Assembly: GCA_036139835.1 (NCBI GenBank)
Contig: JAYZYW010000012.1
Span: 1 to 57,929 of the forward strand
Direction of reading: 5' to 3'
DNA from: Bacteroidota bacterium
Lineage (GTDB): Bacteria > Bacteroidota > Bacteroidia > Flavobacteriales > BACL11
Length of the DNA stretch: 57,929 bases
The notes under the pieces are model-generated. The model was not told the DNA's origin. It made no database searches and worked only from the letters and a program-made list of their open reading frames with translations. Each line of letters starts with the position of its first letter. Position 1 is the first letter of the stretch. Below are positions 42,252-49,485 of the stretch, in pieces. A program made the position numbers and the translations under genes.

Positions 42252-43659
42252 AGTACAAAGCTAATATCTTAGAGAGATATTTCTGAAATTCTTTTTGTTT
42301 TTTTATGCTTAATACATTTCTTTCTGCCTCGATCAATGCAAATATAAATAATTCAACAAATACCCTTGCCTCATCATTTCTTACTTTTGTAAATACTTCT
42401 GAGTAAATAGGATGATGTTTATTTATAGTAATAACATCGCATCCTTCATTAGTCTCATATTCGTATAATATTTCTTTTGCCAGATAAGAAAATTTCAATT
42501 GCTTGTTTGAGCGTTTCTCATTAATTGAAACCAAACATTTTGAATTTTTCCCAATAAAGTTATCATTTTCATTTATTATCCTTTTAGTCTTACTAGAAGA
42601 CTCTGATCTTAGTGAGATAAACTTTTTAATAACTCTGGAGTATAAATCCCTACTTATTGACTGGAGATCATTATTCAAAATATTTGTAATATATTTGTTA
42701 GGGCTGATACCTTGTTTTGTATTTGTTACACCAAAGAACTGATCTAATACTGGCTCAAAAACAATTTCCATCCTCCACCAATAATCATAATTTTGATGTG
42801 GCTTTACAAAATAACTTCCCCTATCTATCTCTACATCAGATCTAATGATTGACACTCCTTTGTATGATGTTATAAGCATCTTCTTTTTTATTTTATTTGG
42901 AAGATAAGACCACTCTTGAATGGGTAATTCTACAAACCTCACAAGTATTTGAGAAATAGAATTAAAATGCGGCACTCTAACGTTATATTTAAGGGTCTTT
43001 CCATATTGTTTACCTCCTGTTGGGCTCCACCCCTTTTCCATAACATATAGAGGATCCCAATGCTGTATTCTTTCATTATTTAAATATAATCGAACACTAT
43101 CTCTAAATAGAAGGTATCTGTACCTAATTGCAAAGCACAATTTTAATTTTTTGATAAAAGCATTAAAATATTTTACATCAAGCCTGTCAACCTTGGTCAA
43201 CCTTACTAATGTTCCGTTTGAATCTAATTGCTTTTTTTTTGAAACTATACTTGAATCGAGTGCTAACTTTCCATTTTTTTGAATTTCATCATAATCTAAA
43301 TAGTTATAATACTCTTTACTCCCCTTTGCTCGTGTGTAAAATTCTATTCTACGAGCTAAAGATAAGCCAGCTTGCTTAAAGCCAACCCCATAACAGCCAA
43401 TACTATTCTTTTTATCTTTTTTTGTTGTTCCTCCAAATAAAAATGCACGATCTAACTCAGTTTGCAACATTCCAGATCCATCATCTTTAATCTCTATGCT
43501 AAATACATCATCTTGTTTTATAATAGTGATATGAATATTAAATGCAAGCGCATCAATTGCATTCTCAATAATTTCTGCAAGTGATGCGCAAGCATTTTTG
43601 TATCCTGATTGACGTTGAGCTCTTAAAAAATCTTTTGGATCTACAAGGTTTCGAGACAT
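42244..43659 (-). CDS. GHKL-superfamily ATPase, MORC/MutL-like (HATPase_c_3 type), copy 1
   Basis: Bergerat-fold motifs are AEIIENAIDA (N box), DDGSGM (G1) and GCYGVGFKQAG (G2). The downstream WWRMEIVFEPVLDQFFGVTNTKQGI block is shared with the 693-aa paralog. Confidence 0.85.
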   Translation of the reverse strand: MSRNLVDPKDFLRAQRQSGYKNACASLAEIIENAIDALAFNIHITIIKQDDVFSIEIKDDGSGMLQTELDRAFLFGGTTKKDKKNSIGCYGVGFKQAGLSLARRIEFYTRAKGSKEYYNYLDYDEIQKNGKLALDSSIVSKKKQLDSNGTLVRLTKVDRLDVKYFNAFIKKLKLCFAIRYRYLLFRDSVRLYLNNERIQHWDPLYVMEKGWSPTGGKQYGKTLKYNVRVPHFNSISQILVRFVELPIQEWSYLPNKIKKKMLITSYKGVSIIRSDVEIDRGSYFVKPHQNYDYWWRMEIVFEPVLDQFFGVTNTKQGISPNKYITNILNNDLQSISRDLYSRVIKKFISLRSESSSKTKRIINENDNFIGKNSKCLVSINEKRSNKQLKFSYLAKEILYEYETNEGCDVITINKHHPIYSEVFTKVRNDEARVFVELFIFALIEAERNVLSIKKQKEFQKYLSKILALYFA

Positions 43660-43662
43660 AAT

Positions 43663-44001
43663 CTAAGGTGTAAATATTTCAATATCGTAAATTAAAATAA
43701 AAACTCTCTTCTTTTTGTATGATTGGGTAGTGTCATCATCCCATGGGGCAGGAGACTCTTTAAGTGTTACGTCTAATTTATAAGGTTGGTGTTTTTTTAT
43801 CAAATACCCTTCATCTACCAGAAAAGTGTCTATCAAATATTTATTTTTTTGATAATCTTCTTTATTCCTCACAATCTCCCAATCAATACAAATACAATAT
43901 ATTCCCTTACCTTGACTCATATAAAAAACTCCTTCTTTCAGTTCATTGAGCGTTTTAAAAGTAATTGGATCTTTTAATCTTTTAGATAATCTATTTTTCA
44001 T
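43663..44001 (-). CDS. Hypothetical protein (112 aa)
   Basis: The ORF overlaps the upstream gene by 11 nt and ends 3 nt before the GHKL start. No motif recognised. Confidence 0.5.
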   Translation of the reverse strand: MKNRLSKRLKDPITFKTLNELKEGVFYMSQGKGIYCICIDWEIVRNKEDYQKNKYLIDTFLVDEGYLIKKHQPYKLDVTLKESPAPWDDDTTQSYKKKRVFILIYDIEIFTP

Positions 44002-45208
44002 CTTCTTTAATATTTATTTGGTTTATAGAATTCACTTTGGCTTGATGGAGTGCAATGGTTTTTACAGCTTCATTCTTTGTGGTCTCTTCATCAAGATCAA
44101 TTAACTCATTTGATTTCTGATTAGCAGGATTAATCTTCTGTCCCAACTCCATTTCTGTCGCTTGCTGCAATATATCTTCAGGAAGTAGGTGGATATTGTC
44201 CTTAAGAAAATTTAAAAGCCAATCATTAAAGAAAGTATTAACTTGAACAGTTCTTTTTCCAAAACTCATTAAACCGCTAACCACTCTTGCAATACCTTCA
44301 CTATCTTCTGGACCTAGGGTTTCGAAACACTCATAAATCTCTCTTTGTTTTAGGCTTAATAAAATCGTTTCAAGGGAGTCTAGTGTTATTACATGAACAG
44401 TATAGCTAGAATCACGATAAACTTTCTCTTTGATAACCTCGGCAGTATTCGATGGAATTACAAGATACAGATGTTTATGTACCGATTTATATTTTCCGTA
44501 TTTTCCAATGCTTGAAACCTGATTTTTAATGTATGTTGGAAAATTATCAAGGTTATCATTATATGGTGCCTTTGCATCAAAAATTACATAATCATTAACT
44601 ATTTGTATCGTGTTGTCAGGAGATTTACCTTCAAATGGAAAAGAATCTATATAAGCAATTCCATGTAAATCACATAAGTGCTTAATTACTGTCTGAACCA
44701 AATCCTGATGACTCTTCCAGGTTTTTCTTTTTTCCTCCCATGCATCACTCCTTGCTTGCTCCTGCTCATTAATTCTTCTTTGGATATCATCATTTAATTT
44801 TTGCTGAGTTGCATCTAATTGATTAATAGAATTTTTATGCTCCAAATTACGAGAATTCTCTTTTTGCTCATACTTATTTACAATTTCTTGTAATTCTTTG
44901 TTGGTTTGAGCTAAGGGAGTTAAATGATTAATACGTTCCTGAAAAATCTTATTATCACTTTTTAGAGATCTAATTTCTTCATTACAGTGATCAACATTAT
45001 TTTGTTTGATAGTAAGTGTTTCTTGAAGATTTGAATTCTCTACTAGCAATCTTTCATTAATCTGCATTGCATCATATACAATTGCCTTTATTTCAGAGAG
45101 TAAAATTAAGATTGATTGCCAATTAAAAAGCCTTGTTATCCAAGATGAATTAATTACTGATTCAATCTTTTCTTTAAATACGAATGGTTTTTCCAATATT
45201 GTTTTCAT
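43991..45208 (-). CDS. RmuC-like coiled-coil protein with a putative PD-(D/E)xK nuclease core
   Basis: The N-terminal ~170 aa are heptad-rich (LQETLTIKQNN...EEIRSLKSDNKIFQERINHL...). The C-terminal PDNTIQIVNDYVIFDAKAP resembles the RmuC (R)PD...vviDAK motif. Confidence 0.6.
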   Translation of the reverse strand: MKTILEKPFVFKEKIESVINSSWITRLFNWQSILILLSEIKAIVYDAMQINERLLVENSNLQETLTIKQNNVDHCNEEIRSLKSDNKIFQERINHLTPLAQTNKELQEIVNKYEQKENSRNLEHKNSINQLDATQQKLNDDIQRRINEQEQARSDAWEEKRKTWKSHQDLVQTVIKHLCDLHGIAYIDSFPFEGKSPDNTIQIVNDYVIFDAKAPYNDNLDNFPTYIKNQVSSIGKYGKYKSVHKHLYLVIPSNTAEVIKEKVYRDSSYTVHVITLDSLETILLSLKQREIYECFETLGPEDSEGIARVVSGLMSFGKRTVQVNTFFNDWLLNFLKDNIHLLPEDILQQATEMELGQKINPANQKSNELIDLDEETTKNEAVKTIALHQAKVNSINQINIKEDEK

Positions 45209-45210
45209 TA

Positions 45211-45522
45211 TTATAGTTTTAAATTATTAGTTTCAGTTTTCTCTAAGTGATATGCGATGCCAATTGTTACAAAATCAGTTAGCATTTCAAATTTTACATC
45301 AAGCGAAGCCTCTGGAAATTGAAAAATCATAAATTGTCTCATCTTTTCAAATTTCTCTTTGATTCCATTAGAGTAATGATATGGGCGCTCGGAAAGCATT
45401 TTGAGAGCTAAATACTCATACTTGTCCTGCCCAATTTCTGAAGGACATGATGGTGTTTTTTGGACTTGTTCTTTTTCCTTCTTTAGCTGTTTTTTAGTTT
45501 TAAATCCTATTTTTTGTGTCAT
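45211..45522 (-). CDS. Hypothetical protein (103 aa)
   Basis: The ORF lies 12 nt after the DUF932-like gene and 2 nt before the RmuC-like start. No motif recognised. Confidence 0.5.
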   Translation of the reverse strand: MTQKIGFKTKKQLKKEKEQVQKTPSCPSEIGQDKYEYLALKMLSERPYHYSNGIKEKFEKMRQFMIFQFPEASLDVKFEMLTDFVTIGIAYHLEKTETNNLKL

Positions 45523-45534
45523 TGTATTGTGTTT

Positions 45535-46644
45535 TTAGTTATTAATTAATGCGGGAAATGGGCTAGGCACCTTATTTGCCATATCATAATCTCCATAAAA
45601 GAGTTCTCCTGACTGACTTTGTAGTTTATGCCCCTGAGCATCTGTTATTTGATTATTATGAGAAGCGAAATCAGTAATCACATTAATCAACTCCCAAACA
45701 CTCATTGGAGATTCAGCATTTCGCTTTTCTTTAGCACTTAACTTATACATATTAATCCCCAATTTCTTATACTCAGTCTCAGCATGATTGATTGGTAAAT
45801 ATTCATTCACTGAATGCTTGTTCACTACTGAAGTGTTTAAAAGCAAATGTCTGGCCCTCATCATTTCATGAATCGAAGCTCGTGTATTTACTGCACTGAA
45901 CACGTGTTTATCAAATGATTGGGGCTTGAAGTTTCTACTTTCTAAAGCCTCAACTACATCAAGGAAATTATTGTAAGTCGTATGGTTTAGATCCTTCATT
46001 TGACAACTTTCCTCTAGTTTATTTGCAATCATTCCATTGGTACAAATTAATCGACCTAAATAGGTTGATAGTTGCACTCCACTATTAATAGAGTTAGTCA
46101 AACTAATCCCAGAGATAAAATCCTCGCCTGCAATACCATTTACAGACCAGTAATTCTCTGGAAGTAAGGTGTTGATATTTACATTCCCAGAGTCATCGAC
46201 CGACATTTCATTTACCTCTAAATTATTTCGGTTTATAATGTTTTCGGCAAGATCCAAGAAACTTACATTAGATATTAAATCATGCTTACGTTTTTTAAAA
46301 CCAATAACATGTTTGTTTTTTGGATTCACAAGCATCAGTAAAGTCATTGTAGAGTTATTAGCAGTTTCGTTTCTAAACCACTCAACAAATTTTATTTTCT
46401 GTTTAGCTGAAGAGTAATTTTCAATTTGACTCAACATACCCCTGCTAAGACCAAGTAATTGAAATAGGTCCTTCTTGGCATTCTCGTCTAATTGTAATCT
46501 TTTACCTTTATATTCGATAAAAGAGTCATTCTTCATTTCAATGTCGGTAAGTTTAACTGGCCTTGAAATGGGTTGAGCTTTAATTGCAACATTCTTTGTT
46601 TTTTCATATTCTGTTGCTGCAAGTACTTCAAAATTATTTGTCAT
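45535..46644 (-). CDS. DUF932-like (phage/plasmid-associated) protein
   Basis: About 370 aa, with a GRLICTNGM motif resembling the conserved (v/l)C.NG block of DUF932. The size fits. Tentative. Confidence 0.55.
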   Translation of the reverse strand: MTNNFEVLAATEYEKTKNVAIKAQPISRPVKLTDIEMKNDSFIEYKGKRLQLDENAKKDLFQLLGLSRGMLSQIENYSSAKQKIKFVEWFRNETANNSTMTLLMLVNPKNKHVIGFKKRKHDLISNVSFLDLAENIINRNNLEVNEMSVDDSGNVNINTLLPENYWSVNGIAGEDFISGISLTNSINSGVQLSTYLGRLICTNGMIANKLEESCQMKDLNHTTYNNFLDVVEALESRNFKPQSFDKHVFSAVNTRASIHEMMRARHLLLNTSVVNKHSVNEYLPINHAETEYKKLGINMYKLSAKEKRNAESPMSVWELINVITDFASHNNQITDAQGHKLQSQSGELFYGDYDMANKVPSPFPALINN

Positions 46645-46660
46645 TTTAATTAATTTTATG

Positions 46661-46681
46661 AGGGGCTCTTAAGCCCCCTCT
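46661..46681 (-). terminator. GC-rich intercistronic hairpin (GAGGGGC-TCTTAA-GCCCC(C)TC)
   Basis: A 7-bp stem with one bulge lies between the RadA-bL12 stop (46692) and the DUF932-like start (46644). There is no clear U-tract on the minus strand, so its function (terminator, attenuator or processing site) is unresolved. Confidence 0.35.
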
Positions 46682-46691
46682 GGTTATTATT

Positions 46692-47801
46692 TTAGTTAAT
46701 GTAGTCTGTTAGGAAAGAAGTTGATCCATAGAATTGTCTTAATTCTACTTCAGCACCTAATTTTTCAAGTTCGGTTTTCAAAGCTTCTGCTTCATCTTTA
46801 GCCACACCTTCTTTTACTGCTTTTGGTGCACTATCAACTATGTCTTTGGCTTCTTTTAGTCCTAATCCAGTAAATTCTTTTACAAGTTTAACTACTGCAA
46901 GTTTAGAACCACCAGCAACTGCTAATATAACATCAAATTCTCCTGCTTTCTTACTAGTAGTGTCAACGACCTCAAGTATTTCAGAATCTTGTGTCGAAGA
47001 GTCAGAGATCCAATCATCAAAAGTTTCCACTGCTTGAGATGAAACAGAAGTGTTTTTCTCGACAGTTTTCTCTAAAGACTGTTGCCTCCCATTTAACTTG
47101 GTATCAAAAATGAGTTTTCCTTCATTAGAAAAATTAAAGTACAGTGGCTTGTCTGTTTCTCCTTTTCTGTTTTTTATTGCAGTTATATAGCGACTGCAAT
47201 TATTACCCTCTCCTTTAACAATTCGAAACATGCCAGTAAGCATATGTTCAATACGCTTATTTCCTTTATAGTTTCCGCCTTTGGTAATTTGAAAAACAAT
47301 AAAGAAACTGGTAAACTTCCCTTTTTTGTTATCTCCTTTCTTGTGCTTAGTAAATAGTTGTAGTAAATATTTCTCCACAACATATCTTTTTTCATTATTC
47401 TGAATCATAATAGATTCCATTAGTTCATTAATAGAGTCTATAGTAACAACATCCCATCCAAGAGCCAATTTTTCTTCTATTTCTTTTTTGGGATTTTTTG
47501 AATTAAGAAGATCCAAATAAACTACTTCTCCCATCTCAATTCTAGTGCTATACTCCTCTATATCAGGCTCTTCCATTTCGCACTGTATGTTTAATACACG
47601 TAGAGATGTTTTTGCAATTTTACCTGATATGTAAAATGCAACGCTTGACTTTCCGCTTCCAGCATCACCATATATACCATATGATGTTGCGGGCGTTAAC
47701 CCTCCCTTGTAAGATAGAAGGTCATCAAATTTTGTGTTACTTAAAATAGGCACCTGTAATTTTTTAGGCGACTTAATGTTTTTTACTTTCTTTAGTTTCA
47801 T
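46692..47801 (-). CDS. RadA/Sms-like RecA-fold ATPase fused to a ribosomal protein bL12 (L7/L12) C-terminal domain
   Basis: The N-terminal domain has [21 protein letters not shown] (Walker A), VVTIDSI, and [22 protein letters not shown]...[10 protein letters not shown], which matches the RadA pattern (hvTKeG..aGp..LEH.vD......KNRfG). C-terminal residues 288-354 read [67 protein letters not shown]. This aligns nearly position for position with the E. coli RplL CTD ([67 protein letters not shown]). Confidence 0.85.
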   Translation of the reverse strand: MKLKKVKNIKSPKKLQVPILSNTKFDDLLSYKGGLTPATSYGIYGDAGSGKSSVAFYISGKIAKTSLRVLNIQCEMEEPDIEEYSTRIEMGEVVYLDLLNSKNPKKEIEEKLALGWDVVTIDSINELMESIMIQNNEKRYVVEKYLLQLFTKHKKGDNKKGKFTSFFIVFQITKGGNYKGNKRIEHMLTGMFRIVKGEGNNCSRYITAIKNRKGETDKPLYFNFSNEGKLIFDTKLNGRQQSLEKTVEKNTSVSSQAVETFDDWISDSSTQDSEILEVVDTTSKKAGEFDVILAVAGGSKLAVVKLVKEFTGLGLKEAKDIVDSAPKAVKEGVAKDEAEALKTELEKLGAEVELRQFYGSTSFLTDYIN

Positions 47802-47849
47802 AATTATTATTATTTTGATTAATAAATAGGGTTACATAGTCCACCTATC

Positions 47850-47875
47850 CCGGGGGATCTATCAGGGGCCCCCGG
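47850..47875 (-). terminator. GC-rich hairpin/palindrome (CCGGGGG-N12-CCCCCGG, containing GGGGCCCC)
   Basis: It lies between the 99-aa gene stop (47895) and the RadA-bL12 start (47801). It stands out as a short GC-rich stretch (23 of the 29 nt at 47847-47875 are G or C) in a locally AT-rich spacer. Confidence 0.3.
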
Positions 47876-47894
47876 TTTGGTGAACTAATGATAT

Positions 47895-48194
47895 TTAAGC
47901 TATTTGTTCCGCTAAATATCTTTGCTCTAGATAGCTAGAATTTTTCCATCCATCGATAAAAAAAAGGTATTGTGTAGCATTGAACCAAGTTTCCTCTTCT
48001 GTTTTTGGAATTGGCATAAGATGTTGTGTAGAAATATCTTTTCCATCCAAAAAAATTCTTGGCGAACCTTTAATATATACTAGTTTAGCTTTTGGAAAAT
48101 CTGTCAGCACTGTGTTTTTGTACTGGCTTAATTTTGATGCTTTTTTGCATCTTTTTTGTGAGGGCTTTACTTCCTCCATCATTAATTGTTTCAT
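47895..48194 (-). CDS. Hypothetical protein (99 aa)
   Basis: The first ORF after the 454-bp spacer. No motif recognised. Confidence 0.45.
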   Translation of the reverse strand: MKQLMMEEVKPSQKRCKKASKLSQYKNTVLTDFPKAKLVYIKGSPRIFLDGKDISTQHLMPIPKTEEETWFNATQYLFFIDGWKNSSYLEQRYLAEQIA

Positions 48195-48430
48195 TGTCTT
48201 AATTTTTAAATTAATATTATGTTAATGGAGGTTAATCAAAAACGGTTATTTTTCTTCTTGTCCCATCTCTACAAAGTAGAAATTAATGGTTCCAAGCCAA
48301 TCCTGGTAACCTCCTTAATTTTTGTTTGTTCAATTATTCTTTCTAAATAAGAGATGGCTGGTCTCCTGGATGAATAATTTAAGTCAACATGTAATTAATA
48401 ACATTGCATAAATGCACTTGTTTATATACG

Positions 48431-48446
48431 CCAAATTTTAATTTGG
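48431..48446. promoter_or_regulatory. Perfect 16-bp palindrome CCAAATTTTAATTTGG, a candidate operator, with the half-site TTAATTTGG repeated at 48466-48474
   Basis: It lies in the 454-bp non-coding gap upstream of the 99-aa/RadA-bL12 genes. A related palindrome, CCAAATTTGG, lies at 51600-51609 upstream of the GHKL-PLD pair. Confidence 0.3.
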
Positions 48447-48648
48447 TTAATGTTACTTTTTTACTTTAATTTGGGAAAATTGAATGCTTTTTCGTGTAGT
48501 ATTTCAATTATTCCTTGTTATTTGCCCACTATGAAATACAGGGAGTGTGTTAGACAAAAGGTAATTTCAGTAATTTTTTTAAGCATTTGAAAGAACTAAC
48601 TCTATTTATTTGACTAAACTAATTGAAAATAGTTTAATCGGTTCATAT

Positions 48649-49485
48649 TTAAGCAGCAGTTTTTAACAATTTTTTTGACAATTGCTGCGTATATGGTGTT
48701 TGGCATGAGGGGCATGCAAAATGCTCAATAAAATGCATCTGAAACCATGCCCCAACCAACAATTCATTACAGTTTTCACATTTAACTTTAATACAAATCG
48801 GATTTGAATTTAAAAACCAAATATGCCGATAGTTATTTAACAATAAGTTTTCTTTTGATGAATACAATTCTTTTATTTTAAACTTCTTAAATCGAAATGG
48901 ATGCCAAGAAAAATCTGTAATCCATTCTGATGATTTATATTCTTTTGCAACCCACAATGGATTATATATGTAGGGCTTGTATTTTGACAAGCCTAATCTG
49001 TGCTTTATTAATGGGGTTAAAAACTGATTCTCTACTGTTACCCCATTATTTACTATTTGTACACATGCAATGTCTTTTAAGTATTCAAACTCCTCTATAA
49101 ACGGTGAAATCACTTCTGATTTTACGTTTTCTAAGATTATTGTATTCTCAAAATTTCTCTCAGCATTATAGGTCCAGTTGTAACTACCAGTAATAAGCGT
49201 TTCTCTATCAATCACACAAAATTTATTATGCATTAAAGAAGAAGTTGTAGTTACATAGATCTTACACCCTAATTCCGAAAGATAATCAAAATATTGCATG
49301 TTAATGGATGCATTTTTATCTACAATCACTTCCACATCAATACCAGCAAAGGCTTTGTTGGCAAGTAATTTTAATATGTCTGCATTTGTAAAATAACACA
49401 TTGCTATTCTGATGGAATTTTTAGCACATAACAACTCATTGTAAAGTCTTGTACTAATATTATAGAAATAACTATTAATCTTCAT
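48649..49485 (-). CDS. PLD-superfamily (single HKD) nuclease-like protein with a C-terminal Cys4 zinc-ribbon
   Basis: LMHNKFCVIDRETLITGSYNWT is an HxK(x)4D...GSxN HKD motif. The C-terminal CENC...CPSC motif suggests a zinc ribbon. Its start overlaps the upstream GHKL gene by 11 nt. Confidence 0.85.
   Translation of the reverse strand: MKINSYFYNISTRLYNELLCAKNSIRIAMCYFTNADILKLLANKAFAGIDVEVIVDKNASINMQYFDYLSELGCKIYVTTTSSLMHNKFCVIDRETLITGSYNWTYNAERNFENTIILENVKSEVISPFIEEFEYLKDIACVQIVNNGVTVENQFLTPLIKHRLGLSKYKPYIYNPLWVAKEYKSSEWITDFSWHPFRFKKFKIKELYSSKENLLLNNYRHIWFLNSNPICIKVKCENCNELLVGAWFQMHFIEHFACPSCQTPYTQQLSKKLLKTAA

Noticed and set aside
46740-46940. Housekeeping rplL gene
   Set aside because: Only the bL12 C-terminal domain is present. 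It is fused in frame behind an ATPase, lacks the N-terminal L10-binding domain, and is not next to rplJ or rpoB.
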